Shown: positions 39,025-51,572 of the stretch, in pieces
How positions within the stretch are numbered: the first letter of the stretch is position 1
How the letters are laid out: every line of letters begins with the position of its first letter
Assembly: GCA_951406725.2 (NCBI GenBank)
Contig: OX597823.1
Coordinates: 19,096,001 to 19,160,000, forward strand
Source of the DNA: Octopus vulgaris
Lineage: Eukaryota
Direction of reading: 5' to 3'
Length of the DNA stretch: 64,000 bases
Program-made: the position numbers and the translations under genes
The notes under the pieces: model-generated
Told to the model about the DNA's origin: nothing
Databases searched by the model: none
Seen by the model: the letters and a program-made list of their open reading frames with translations, nothing else

Positions 39025-39560
39025 GCGTTTTGAGTGGATTCGGTAGATAGAAACTGAAAGAATCCTATTGTGTGTGTGTGTACACTTCTATTTGTTTCAG
39101 TCATTTGACTGCGGCCATGCTAGAGCACAGCCTTTAGTTGATCAATTTGACCCCAGGACTTATTAGAACCCCGTTGTGTGTGTATATATACTTTTATTTG
39201 TTTCAGTCATTTGACTGCAGCCATGCTGGAGCACCGCCTTTAGTCAAACAAATCATCCCCAGTACTTATTCTATCTGTCTCTTTTGCCAAACTGCTAAGT
39301 TACAGAGAAGTAAACACACCAGCATCAGTTGTCAAGCAATATTGGGGGGACAGACAGAAACACACACACATATATATATATCCTACGGGCTTCTTTCAGT
39401 TTCTGCCTACCAAATCCACTCAAGACTTTGGTTAGCCTGAGGTTATAGTAGAAGACATTTGCCCAAGGTACCACACAATAAGACTGAACCTGGAACTGTG
39501 GTTGGTAAGCAAGCTACTTATCACACAATTGACGGGCTTCTTTCAGTTTCCATCTACCCA
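39025..39560 (-). mobile_element. Cluster of SINE family A pieces, including a near-full copy at 39190-39530
   Basis: Repeated gtttcagtcatttgactgc tails, plus cttctttcagtttc bodies in both orientations. Confidence 0.75.
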
Positions 39561-39765
39561 AACTTTTATATTTAATATATTTAATGTATCTAATTTGTTT
39601 ATCCATATAATTGCCTCTATAGCCACTCAACTTGATCCTTCTTATAGCCATTTTTTACCTTGTGGAATTGATCTCCTTTAAATACATCAGTCTGTTTGAA
39701 TCTTTTGAGTACTACTTAGTGTCATCTATATTGAGAATCTCTGGATCTTATCTGTGACTATATAT

Positions 39766-40659
39766 CATCATCATCATCATCGTTTAGCGTCCGTTTTCCA
39801 TGCTAGCATGGGTTGGACGGTTCTACTGGGGTCTGTGAAGCCAGAAGGCTTCATCAGGCCCAGTCAAATCTGGCAGTGTTTCTACGGCTGGATGCCCTTC
39901 CTAACGCCAACCACTCCGTGAGTGTAGTGGGTGCTTTTTACGTGCCACCCGCACTGGTGCCAGACAGAGCTGGCAAACGGCCACGAACGGATGGTGCTTT
40001 TTATGTGCCACCGGCACGAGGGCCAGGCGAGGCTGGCAACGGACACGAAACGGGTCGGTGCTGGCAACGGTCGCGAAACGGAAAGTTCTCTTACATGCCA
40101 CCGGCACTGGTAACACATCTGCAATTTCCATTGATCGATTTCGATTCTGATCGTCACTTGCCTCAACGGGTCTTCACAAGCAGAGTTTTGACATGCCACC
40201 GGCACTGGTAGCACATCCGCAATTTCCATTGATCGATTTCGATTCTGATCCTCACTTGCCTCATCACGTCTTCACAAGTAGAGTTTTGTGTCCCAAGAAG
40301 GGAAGGTATGCATACGTAGGCTGGCTCCATCCCATGTAGAAGGCCACGGGTTATGGACTCACTTGTCCTGCCGGGTCTTCTCGCGCACAGCACACTTCCA
40401 GAGGTCTCGGTCTCTAGTCATTTCCTCAGTGAGACCTAAAGTTCGAAGGTCGTGCTTCACCACCTTGTTCCAGGTTTTCCTGGGTCTGCCTCTTCCACAG
40501 GTTCCCTCAACCGCTAGGGTGTGGCACTTTTTCACACAACTATCTTCATCCATTCTCGCCACATGACCATACCAGCGCAAACGTCTCTCTTGCACACCAC
40601 AACTGATGCTTCTTAGGTCCAGCTTTTCTCTCAAGGTACTTACACTCTGCCGAGTGTGA
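39766..40659 (-). mobile_element. 5'-truncated RTE-clade LINE (ORF2 C-terminus, 3' UTR and (GAT)n tail)
   Basis: ORF 40359-40634 contains RRLRWYGHVARM and GRGRPRKTW, diagnostic RTE C-terminal motifs. (CAT)n tail at 39766. Ends at a (TA)n tract. Confidence 0.92.
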
Positions 40660-40717
<58 letters not shown>

Positions 40718-40919
40718 GCTATCCCACTGATGAAAACTGGCCTTCAGCGAATATTTTTTTGCTGGAAATAGTTGAGATGGTAAACGTTTTTAATTTTCAT
40801 TCCTTTCGAGAATTTATCCTTTTTTTGTAGTTTTTGAGATTTTTACTGCTCTTTCTAGCACAACGCTTTCCTATTTGGAAGCCTCTTATTGTGTGTGTGT
40901 GTATATGTATATATGTGTG

Positions 40920-40950
<31 letters not shown>

Positions 40951-41026
40951 AATGTATATATATGTATATATATAATGTATATATATATGTATATATATAT
41001 GTATATATATAATGTATATATATATG

Positions 41027-41057
<31 letters not shown>

Positions 41058-41058
41058 G

Positions 41059-41113
<55 letters not shown>

Positions 41114-41115
41114 AT
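40660..41115. repeat. (TA)n and (TA/TG)n microsatellites flanking a short unique insert
   Basis: (TA)n at 40660-40712 and a degenerate TA/TG tract at 40890-41115. Confidence 0.9.
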
Positions 41116-41894
41116 CTTTGACCTACTCTACCACCATTGTTGGTTTGTTTACGTTCCTGTAACTTAGTTCAGCAAAAAGCAACAACTGGAATATGTATCA
41201 GACTCAAAAGAAAAAAATAATAAAAAAATGTGGAGTTCATTTGTTTGACTAAACCCGTGAAGGTAATATAGTAGCATGGTCGTTATCTAATGACTGAAAC
41301 AAATAAAAGGCGTCTGTCTGTGTGTTTATGGTGGGATACATTTCTAAAATGCTAGTCTACTTTGCTGTCAACATTTTTTCTAATAAGAAAGATCAATAAG
41401 GTTGATCCATCCATTGAGAGTTATTAATATCTATTATGCAGCTAGGTGAAACAGTTCATTGAACTGCAGATCAATACATTTGTCTTTGTTTTTGTATACA
41501 TTCACTGCTCTGCATATAGGTGATATGCTTAATTCTAGATTCCTTATTCAGCCAGCTGTTGGAAATACCTTAATTTCTGGTGGTGTTACCTAAGCAGAGA
41601 GAGCACCTTATAACTGACTATCTGATAGATCTGTAGTTCATAGCTACTGCACTGTCCATCACCAAGGTATTTAATTCATGAATGTCCTTGTTCTATATAG
41701 AAATAAATAGGTATGCAATGTGAGGTGATGTTACACATGTATGTGTATCACACAATGTTTGCAACATGCATAATCCATGTTGACATGCAAGTGCATACAA
41801 TGCATACAAATGCAGCACTTGCAATGTAGTTACATGCAACATGTACCCAATCACATGCAATGTAATGTGCATACACTTACCATTCATGCAAATA

Positions 41895-42452
41895 TTGGTT
41901 GTCCAAAAAGTTCGCGCCAATTTTTAAAGGAAAGAAAAAGGTCAATAAATACTTGCCATTACATTTTTAATCAACCAAATATGAACCATTTTGTTGCACA
42001 ATGCATCTCCATCTTTCCTTTAACTTGAAAATACCCTCTTCCCAGAATTGAGGTGGTTTCATGGCAAAGGATTCATCAAGGTATCTTTTTAGGTCATCCA
42101 AGGAATTGAAATTTTTACCATTAAGACTTTTCTGCAGAGACCTGAATAAGTCCGAAGGAGCAATATCTAGTGAATATGGAGGGTGGGGTAACACATCCCA
42201 GCCGAGTTGCAGCAATTTTTGTCTAGTTTCCAAAGCATCAAGTGCCGAAAATGAACTTTATCTTCCATTTTAAAGGGTTACTGAATTAACACAGGTTATT
42301 GGAACATAAACCTTCTTCCACGAAAAGATAGCTTAAACTCTGTACTCTAAATGGAGGTGTAGCCAAACCCTATTTTATGGACTGAATCATGTTCTAAAAT
42401 AAGTCGAAATGTAAGCTACTATAAATCGGCACGAACTTTCCAGACAACCCAA
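41895..42452 (-). mobile_element. Internally deleted mariner transposon
   Basis: TA flanks at 41893 and 42453. TIRs ttggttgtccaaaaagttcgcgccaattt / aaatcggcacgaactttccagacaacccaa. ORF 41967-42233 encodes LGWDVLPHPPYSLDIAPSD.LFRSLQ...GIFKLKERW (mariner YSPDLAPxD region). Confidence 0.93.
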
Positions 42453-42743
42453 TATTAAAACACACTTGTTTGTACATTTAACACAACATTGTTTTAATGT
42501 CTACTTTTCCATGTTTGTATGGATCAGTCAAGAGTATGTTGAAGCGGAGTTTGCTACAGACTGGTGCCATCACTTGTTTGCATGTATAGTAACTATCTCG
42601 AGTCTGTGGAACCACGAACAGCCCAACCATGTTTAAGCAGAGACCTGGAAACAAACGACACCTTGTGATTGAGACTTCTGCTTACAAAGATCGCACATCA
42701 TCTCATGGTTGATCATACTTTTGCAGTGGACTGTAAGCGAACG

Positions 42744-43128
42744 TGGTGGAAGCACTCCGTCGGTTACGACGACGAGGGTTCCGGTTGATCCGAATCAACG
42801 GAACAGCCTGCTCGTGAAATTAACGTGTAAGTGGCTGAGCACTCCACAGACACGTGCACCCTTAACGTAGTTCTCGGGGATATTCAGCGTGACAGAGAGA
42901 GTGACAAGGCCGGCCCTTTGAAATACAGGTACAACAGAAACAGGAAGTAAGAGTGAGAGAAAGTTGTGGTGAAAGAGTACAGCAGGGATCACCACCATCC
43001 CTGCCGGAGCCTCGTGGAGCTTTAGGTGTTTTCGCTCAATAAACACTCACAACGCCCGGTCTGGGAATCGAAACCCCGATCCTACGACCGCGAGTCCGCT
43101 GCCCTAACCACTGGGCCATTGCGCCTCC
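42744..43128 (-). mobile_element. SINE family B, young copy
   Basis: 12-bp TSD tgtaagcgaacg at 42732-42743 and 43129-43140. Confidence 0.92.
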
Positions 43129-44104
43129 TGTAAGCGAACGACACCATCAATGAAGCCATTGTTTACAACCAACGCATACACATGGCTGGCAAGCTTCTTG
43201 CAATTTCTGCGTACCAAATCCATTTAAAAAGCTTTATTTGGCTTGGGGCATTATTAGAACACACACACTTGCCTAAGGTGCCATGCAATGGGACTGAACC
43301 CAAACTCACTTCCGTTGGAAACTGAGTGTATCAACCACACAGCCTGTGCCAAGACACATCATTAAACGAGAGCACTTAAAAGTAATGTGTATTCAGAACG
43401 GTTTGTTTCTATAGATCATGTCGAAAATGTTCACCTTAAGTTGGTATTTCTTTACTGTTTCGTAATTAGATTCCAACACAGCCTTATCCAGTTTTGGCTG
43501 AACTAAAAGGTCACTTTTATAATCCTCACTGTATACTTTGTATCGTTTGTCTTTCTTTGTATATTGTTTCTCTTTCTGTGTGTGTGTGTGTTTGTTTGTC
43601 TGTATTTGGCTTTGTGTGTGTGCATGCGTCTGTGTTTCTTTGTGCAGGCTTGTTAACACCATTTGTTGTTTCCCCACTATCTTGGGAGGGCGGGTTGGCT
43701 CATTGTGACCATGACTGGAACATTAAGTAAAATGTCTTCTTCACCAAAACTCGTGTTTTCTTTACTCTGGTTAATTCTAACGATAACTGCTCATTTAGAA
43801 ACTGACAGTATAATTAACCAAGTTCGGCTGTGAAAAATCACTGAGAAATAAACAAACACCAACCGAACAACTTTGGTTAATTGTTCAAACTGTTACGTCC
43901 AGCATGAATTGATTTATTCTTTTACTGATGTCAGCCATCTGGTTGCAGTCACGCTGAGGTATTACCATATAACATCAATAACAAGCATACGCATACATAC
44001 ATTTATAAACACTGCATATACATGAATATGCAGGGCTTCTGAGAAGAATTTTATCAGTGTACAAAGTTTTTTTCAAACTCCTCCTTTTCTGTATTCAATA
44101 AATG

Positions 44105-44486
44105 GGAAGCACTCCGTCGGTTACGACGGCGAGGGTTCCGGTTGATCCGATCAACGGAACAGCCTGCTCGTGAATTTAACGTGTAAGTGGCTGAGCACTC
44201 CACAGACACGTGTACCCTTAACGTAGTTCTCGGGATATTCAGCGTGACACAGAGAGTGACAAGGCCGGCCCTTTGAAATACAAGTACAACAGAAACAGGA
44301 AGTAAGAGTGAGAGAAAGTTGTGGTGAAAGAGTACAGCAGGGATCACCACCATCCCCTGCCGGAGCCTCGTGGAGCTTTAGGTGTTTTCACTCAATAAAC
44401 ACTCACAACGCCCGGTCTGGGAATCGAAACCGCGATCCTACGACCGCGAGTCCGCTGCCCTAACCACTGGGCCATTGCGCCTCCAC
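44105..44486 (-). mobile_element. SINE family B, young copy
   Basis: 12-bp TSD attcaataaatg at 44093-44104 and 44487-44498. Confidence 0.92.
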
Positions 44487-44641
44487 ATTCAATAAATGCA
44501 ATAAGCATAACAAGTCTGATATACCTACTTGAGTTTAAAAAAAAAAAAAATCATACAAAGATCAGTTATACTGGTCAGCCATTTTGCAGATGTGAAAATG
44601 TCTTTGAAAATCAGTGAGAAAAAGAATATATCTGAAGATGC

Positions 44642-45042
44642 GGATCTTTTCCGTTTGAACGGCAGTTTTTAACATAATTTCTAGGTAACTAAAAAAATTT
44701 AAAACTGCGTATACTGGTAGAATGTGTTTATAAAACATCTTTTTCTCTTGGCTTTATTGAGAAAATTCTATAGTTTGTAAGATATTTGTTATTCTTTTTC
44801 TGCAATTCCAACCAATCAAATACGTCTATTGAGGTAAAAAAACATTCTGTGCCGTATGAATGTCTCTCGTTTAAGAAACAGATTGGGTTTCTTTTCATTA
44901 GTGAAGAAAAAAAAGATGCCCTTCCCCCCACCCCTAACCCTAAAACATTGAAATACAATAGATCGATACTAGAGTCATAATTATGGGTGACAATTTCATA
45001 TGACACCGCTAGAAAAAACTGCCGTTCAAACCGAAAAGATCC
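44642..45042 (+). mobile_element. MITE with GGATC termini and 8-bp TSD (Merlin-like)
   Basis: TIR ggatcttttccgtttgaacggcagtttt / aaaactgccgttcaaaccgaaaagatcc. TSD gaagatgc / gaagctgc. Confidence 0.85.
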
Positions 45043-45267
45043 GAAGCTGCTTTTGAAAACTGCTGCTTTTCTACCCATATTTATTAACATTTATTCCTAT
45101 ACCATTGGTGTACTTTCTTAGTACTGACCTTGAAAAGCTAGGGTTTTCAGGTAAAGAAAGGGATGATACCTGTACATATTTTACCAGGTGGTATATTAAG
45201 TTAGACATGGCAATAAGAATAATTAATGTAACCACCACCACGTGTTAATGACAACAAATCAAAGTAT

Positions 45268-45398
45268 CGGCAAAAGAGACCGATAGAATAAGTACTAGGC
45301 TTACAAAGAATAAGTCCTGGGGTCGATTCACTCGACTAAAGGCGGTGCTCTAGCATGGCCGCAGTCAAATGACTGAAACACGTAAAAGAGTAAAAAAG
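45268..45398 (+). mobile_element. SINE family A 3' fragment
   Basis: tcggcaaaagagaccgatagaataagtactagg...gactgaaacacgtaaaagag. Confidence 0.85.
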
Positions 45399-45847
45399 AT
45401 TATTAAGGGAAAGTGAAAAATTTATTTTATCTAAGTTGAAATGGTATTTTATATTTTTACTCAAAATATAACCAAGTTTTACATTTTTTTAGGATTTTTT
45501 CCAAATTTATTCTTTGTTTAAATTACAAGTTATTGATCCTCATGCTTGCTTTACACATACCTTAAACAGCGATGTGTGGAAAATAAGTCAACGTACATAC
45601 ATTAAAATAAACCTACATATTCTATATATCTTTCCTGGGACTTTGACCAGTGTTTCTAGCTGAAATGTGTTAAAGAAGCTAAACATGCACTTCTTGCCTT
45701 CATCAGCAGATGATGATAGTAATCAGTAGGCATTAGTGGTGTCTATCGGCGTTGATGTATTAAAAACAAGACAAAACTATCAGACTTAACTAAAATCAGC
45801 TGAAAATTCAAGAAAGCTCAAATACCACCCTCCTTCTAAAGTCTCTG

Positions 45848-46273
45848 GGATCTTTTCGGTTTGAACGGCAGTTTTTTTCTAGCGGTGTCATATGAAATTG
45901 TCACTCATAATTATGACCCTAGTATCGATCTATTGCATTTCAGTCTGTTTTAGGGTTTTGTTGGTTAGGGGTGGCGGGAAGGGTATCTTTTTTTCTTCAG
46001 AAATGTAAATAAACCCAATCTGTTTCTTAAACGAGGGACATATTCATACGGCACAGGATGTTTTCACCTCAATATACGTCATTGATTGGTTGAAATTGCA
46101 GAAATTGAAGAAAAAAAAAACCCCAACAAATATCTTACAAACTATATAATTTTCTCAATAAAGCCAAGAGAAAAAGATGTTTTATAAACACATTCTACCA
46201 GTATACGAAGTTTAAAAGTGTTTAGTTAAGTGGAAATTATATTAAAAAACTGCCGTTCAAACCGAAAAGATCC
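45848..46273 (-). mobile_element. MITE with GGATC termini, inverted relative to 44642
   Basis: Same TIRs. Perfect 8-bp TSD agtctctg. Confidence 0.9.
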
Positions 46274-46399
46274 AGTCTCTGTACTGGAAAGTATTCTTTC
46301 GGGATCAAATATAGCATGATCCGCTGACAAAGACTATAAATACACATTTTTCATTTACAAATTTGGATCAATGACCAAGGAAACTAAAATGAATAGATC

Positions 46400-46774
46400 A
46401 GTGGCTGTGTGGTAAGTAGCTTGCTTACCAACCACATGGTTCCGGGTTCAGTCCCACTGCGTGGCATCTTGGGCAAGTGTCTTCTGCTATAGCCCCGGGC
46501 CGACCAATGCCTTGTGAGTGGATTTGGTAGACGGAAACTGAAAGAAGCTTGTCGTATATATGTATGTTTGTGTGTCTGTTTGTCCCCCCCCCCACCATTG
46601 CTTGACAACCGATGCTGGTGTGTTTACATGCCCGTTACTTAGCAGTTCGGCAAAAAGCGACCGATAGAATAAGTACTGGGCTTACAAAGAATAAGTCCCG
46701 GGGGGGTCGATTTGCACGACTAAAGGCAGTGCTCCAGCATGGCCGCAGTCAAATGACTGAAACAAGTGAAAAGT
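46400..46774 (+). mobile_element. SINE family A
   Basis: agtggctgtgtggtaagtagc through gactgaaacaagt. Confidence 0.9.
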
Positions 46775-47284
46775 ATGTATGCTAATTTTCTTGTATGCTC
46801 TTAATGTCATACCGTTTAATCAATGTTGATATTACCGCTCTGGCATTTGAAAATTTTCCCATTGAGCCGTTTAACCTCTTGCTTGAAGAAATAACTTCAT
46901 TATACGTACATATACGCGCACGCACATTTTCTTTTTCTGTTTCCCCCTTTCTATCTCTCTCTCTGCGCGATTTTCCGCTCAATAATAACGTATTGAATGG
47001 CCTCGGCCGGTCATAAATGAAAGGAAAGCCATCGGACAATTGCGAAACAAATTAATTGTTTAAGCTAGCATTTATTATTTATATTTATGTATCTAAACAA
47101 TGTTTTGATCTTAACCAGTTTCTCATTAAATACTCATGATAAATGATACACAATACTTTTTATTCGAGTTTTCCTTAAGTACCTTTCAGAAAGGACCCCC
47201 CGATAGCAGTAGCGATGGGGTGAAGGGAGCGGTCTGAGTCGGATGATGCTTTTTTTTTTTTTTATGGAGGCGGCACTTTATGGT

Positions 47285-47463
47285 CTTACTCTTGTTTCAG
47301 TCATTTGACTATGGCCTTGCTGGAGCACCGCCTTTGGTCGGGCACATCGACCCCAGGGCTTATTTTTTGGAAGCCTAGTACTTATTCTATCGGTCTCTTT
47401 TGCCGAACCGCTAAGTAACGGGCATGTAAACACAAGTGATGTTGGGGGGGGGAGACAAGACAA

Positions 47464-47546
<83 letters not shown>

Positions 47547-47710
47547 CATATATACGACGGGCTTCTTTCAGTTTCCGTCTACCAAATCCACTCACAAGGC
47601 TCTGGTCGGCCCGAGGCTATAGTAGAAGACACCTGCCCAAGGTGTCACACACAATGGGAATGAACCTGGAACCATGTGGTTGGTAAGCAACCTACTTACC
47701 ACACAGCCAC
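47285..47710 (-). mobile_element. SINE family A
   Basis: Reverse-complement full copy with a long (CA)n(TA)n core. Confidence 0.9.
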
Positions 47711-47952
47711 CGTTATTACTTTTCGATTAAAGTAACTTATAACATATTCGGGACGTGCCATGAATAATTTGCATAGGGGACCGGGTGAGGGAAGAGATTC
47801 AAAAAGTCTGCTAGCCGTTGGGGCCGTCCTGGCCTTTGACTACAGTTTTTTTCGGCTATTGTAGGTTTTAACTTTGATCAGCCTTTTTGTTACAGTTTCA
47901 CGTCGGTTCCGTGCAATACTTAGTAACCTACAACTATAATTCACTGGTTACA

Positions 47953-48218
47953 TCAGTTCAGTTGATCGAACAACTACAGTAGTCCGCTTAGAAACCGACA
48001 GAGATCCATGTTTTGGCTTTTAACTTCGTTTTGAATGCGTGTAACCGCCTGTTGTAATCGTTTGTGTGTATCCAGTGTATGTCTGTGCTTCTATTAATCT
48101 CCAGTTTATGTGTGTGTGTGTGTGTGTGTGTGTATATAATCGCTAAGTGTGTTTGATTAGATTGGCGGCAAAGATTTTTTTTTTTTTGTATGTGAATACC
48201 ATTGACTTCTGAAGTGCT
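47953..48218 (+). promoter_or_regulatory. Candidate TSS and first exon
   Basis: Tandem initiator-like TCAGTT at 47953 and 47958 in CpG-retaining unique DNA. Possible donor GTGAGT at 48219. Inference only. Confidence 0.3.
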
Positions 48219-48844
48219 GTGAGTTGTAAAACTGTTTTTAACCTTTTAACCGTGTGAAAATATGAAAGATTAAACTAAAGTAACATATTATGTCTGCACT
48301 GTAATATTGTGTCAGATGAATAACGAAGCTCTTAACAGGTTTACTGTTTTGATAAGGTTTTAAAATGTTTTTGCTAAATTTTTATTTTCGTTATTATCGT
48401 TTTATTCCTCTTTTCTTTTGTGATTATAATTAAAATCTTTCGTGACTGGCAGTTCTAATTGGAAATAAAGCACTGTTTCCATTAATTTTCAAAATAATCA
48501 AAGATTCTTGAGTCAAATGAATTTAGTTGCTGTTTAGCCACAGGTCAGCCCCTCATGTAGCGGATATGTGGTCAAAGGTGTTTCTAGTAATTTTTCCGGT
48601 AATTTTTTATATGAATACCCGCACCATTTTCACTAAGAAAAAAAAATTCGGATTTTTTGTGTGGAATCAAGTACCCTGACCTCCTAATATGCTACAAATC
48701 CCTTATTTTGGTTCGGAAAAAGGGGGTGGGAGCGAGGGGGATATATTAATAACGAACCATGTAATTCACTCTGGAAAATCTATTTCTGTAATAAGATTTT
48801 TCCTAAACACACAAGATATAGTCTATACATTTAGGATGTTTTTA

Positions 48845-49162
48845 GGATCTTTTCGGTTTGAACGGCAGTTTTTAACATAATTTCTAGGTAACTAAAAAAT
48901 TTTAAACTTCGTATACTGATAGAATGTGTTTATAAAACATCTTTTTCTTTTGGCTTTATTGAGAAAATTCTATAGTTTGTAAGATATTTGTTGTTTTTCA
49001 ATTTCTGCAATTTCAACCAATCACTGACGTCTATTGAGATAAGTAACATTATGTGCCGTATGAATGTCCCTCGTTTAAGAAACAGATTGGGTTTATTTAC
49101 ATTTGTGAAGAAAAAAAGATACCCTTCCCCCTAACCCTAAAACAGATCGAAATGCAATAGAT
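48845..49162 (+). mobile_element. 3'-truncated GGATC MITE
   Basis: Same left TIR and body as 44642, cut by the foldback element. Confidence 0.8.
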
Positions 49163-49810
49163 GGATCTTTTCCTTTTGAACGGCAGTTTTCAACACAATT
49201 TCTAGTTAACTAAACACTTTTAAACTTCGTATACTGGTAGAATGTGTCAAAATAAAACATTTTTTTCTCTTGGCTTTCTTGAGAAATTTGTAAGTTTAAC
49301 GTTGTATAATTTTTCGAATTTTAACCAATCAATGGCCTCTATTGAGCTGCGTCTAAAACTGAGACTAAATCCTAACCCTAACCCTAAATTTTAGCCTTTG
49401 TTTTTTTTTCTTAATTGTTATCCTTAAATTAATTAAACAATTAAGGAAAAAAAAAAAACGAAAGGCTAAAACGAAAGCCAAAAACTCAAAGCAAAAACAA
49501 AACGAATAATTTTAGACACGCGTAACCATTAAATTAATTTAACAATTAAGAAAAAAAAAACGAAAGGCTAAAATTTAGGGTTAGGGTTAGTGACAGGATG
49601 TTGTCTCAGTTTTAGACGCAGCAAATGATTTTAGCTCAATAGAGGCCATCGATTGGTTAAAATTCGAAAAATTAAACTACATTAAACTTACAAATTACAA
49701 TTTTCTCAAGAAAGCCAAGAGAAAAAAGTTTTATTTTGACACATTCTACCATTATACAAAGTTTAAAAGTGTTTAGTTAACTAGAAATTGCATTCAAAAG
49801 GGAAAGATCC
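49163..49810. mobile_element. Foldback (long palindromic) variant of the GGATC MITE family
   Basis: Arms of roughly 260 bp are reverse complements (ggatcttttccttttgaa... / ...ttcaaaagggaaagatcc), with internal (taaccc)n / (gggtta)n. Confidence 0.85.
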
Positions 49811-50265
49811 CACAAACGGGTTTTTCTTGACAGGTTCTGCCCTACCAAATTTACTCAAAAGGCTATATTATATGTGCCAGACTTGAGCTATATATATATA
49901 TATTAGATACTTACCCAGGTGGACTTAAACTCAAAGCCATGCACTTGCAAAGCAAACTACTTGACTACAACACAGTATTATTACAAACACGACTGACCTT
50001 ATCCTTTGTCATTCTGGCATCGTGTTACTTCATGTCAATATTAGGAATATTTATTTATGGCGAATATAAAAGTTGGAAGAAATAAAAAAAAAAAAAATAA
50101 CGAATTTAAATAAAGAGTAAATATCCAAGTGTGACTAACCTGAATTTTCTATTCAATGGATTTTTTAGTGTGACATGTCTAGCTGGGAAGTAATATTCCC
50201 ATGTATTGTTACTTTTACCATAAACAGCTAACAGAAATATCCTCTAAGTCACATACATATACAAC

Positions 50266-50297
<32 letters not shown>

Positions 50298-50721
50298 TAA
50301 AAGAAATGTTTTAATTGTCCGAACAACAATATTCTATGCTAAATTAGGTCTCTTTGCTCCACTGAGTTGTGATTTACATTTCTAAGTTGGAACCATTTGC
50401 GAGCTTTATTTTTTTTCTTCAAAAAGTCAAACACTTGTGTGTGTGTGTGTTGTGGGGAAAGTGGAGTAGGGTTCCTTTCTGCTAGTCATACAAACAATAT
50501 GGTTTATTCCTTCCCAGCCTAGACAAACAAACACTTTTCTTCTTTGACCTAAATTATTATTACTATTATTTAATTTCTATTTACCTTGTGCATTGAAATC
50601 CTGTAGATGTTGACTTTGTCCCCTCCACTCTCCCATAAAATAAGACAGGTAAACAGTTCAATTAACAGTACTCCCTCCTTTACAAATTTGTATTTTGTGA
50701 TCTCATTATTTATTATTATTA

Positions 50722-50925
50722 AAGGCGACAAGCTGGCTGAATCAGTAACAATGCTGGACAAAATGCCTTGTGGCATTTCGGCCATCTTTACATTCTGTGT
50801 TCAAATTCCATTGAGGTTGATTATGTTTTCATCCTTTCTGGGTTGATGACATAAGTGCCAGTCAAGTCTTAGGGTTGATGTAATCCTGAAATTTCAGGTT
50901 TTGTACCTATATTAGAAAGGATTAT
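50722..50925 (+). mobile_element. SINE family C, decayed
   Basis: ggcgacaagctggctgaatcagtaac...gttcaaattcc...ttttcatcctttc. Confidence 0.65.
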
Positions 50926-50939
50926 TATTAGTTTTTGCG

Positions 50940-51175
50940 CCTTATGCAATACATTGTAGATGTAAGAAACCTGGATTCTATGGGGTTCTGTGCAATATGC
51001 TTGAATAAAAAGCTTTTGATAGGGTTCCCTATAATTGTTGCTTGGGGGACTATCCTCCGTGCAGTCAGTTTCAGTTCTGTGTCCACAAGTTTAATGTCTA
51101 GTGGCATCCACACTTCAATGTCTTGGTGCTCCCTGTTATTTAAAATCATGTCCAGTCTAGCAAGCATGTCCACTT
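50940..51175 (-). pseudogene. Probable MULE transposase remnant
   Basis: ORF 50928-51173 contains W.P.DIKLVDTELKLTARRIVPQATIIG, resembling the MULE DDE motif (D.E.A...A....FP.A.I.GC). Confidence 0.45.
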
Positions 51176-51434
51176 TCCTATTTCAGCAGCAGTAGCTCAA
51201 GAGTTTGTAGATACGAAAAGAATGAGAGTGGACATCCTTGCTAGACTGGACATGATTTTAAATAACAGGGGATAATTTAATCTGACCACCAAGACATCGA
51301 AGCTGTCACATTTGCATATTCCACTGGGATAGAGATAGGATTTGTCTACTTTTGACTTCATGGTCAATCAACATTACTCCAGACTAGGACATAGAAGTAT
51401 CCATGTTAAAATGTGATCAATGTCACTTTTAATG

Positions 51435-51572
51435 GGGTGGTTGGTGTTAGGAAGGGCATCTAGCTGCAAAACCATGCCAAAACACACAGTAGCCTAGGGT
51501 AGTCTTCTACCTGGCTGGTTCCTTCAAACAATCCAATCCATGCCAGCATGGAAGCCAGACATTAAATGATAT
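51435..51572 (+). mobile_element. RTE 3' UTR fragment
   Basis: tggttggtgttaggaagggcatc...catgccagcatggaa...gacattaaatgat. Confidence 0.65.

Noticed and set aside
41690-41880. miR-33-like tgcaatgtagttacatgca
   Set aside because: Lies in low-complexity TGCA/CATG sequence, is mismatched to the mature miRNA and has no clean hairpin. I saw no conserved miRNA, rRNA or snRNA in the window.
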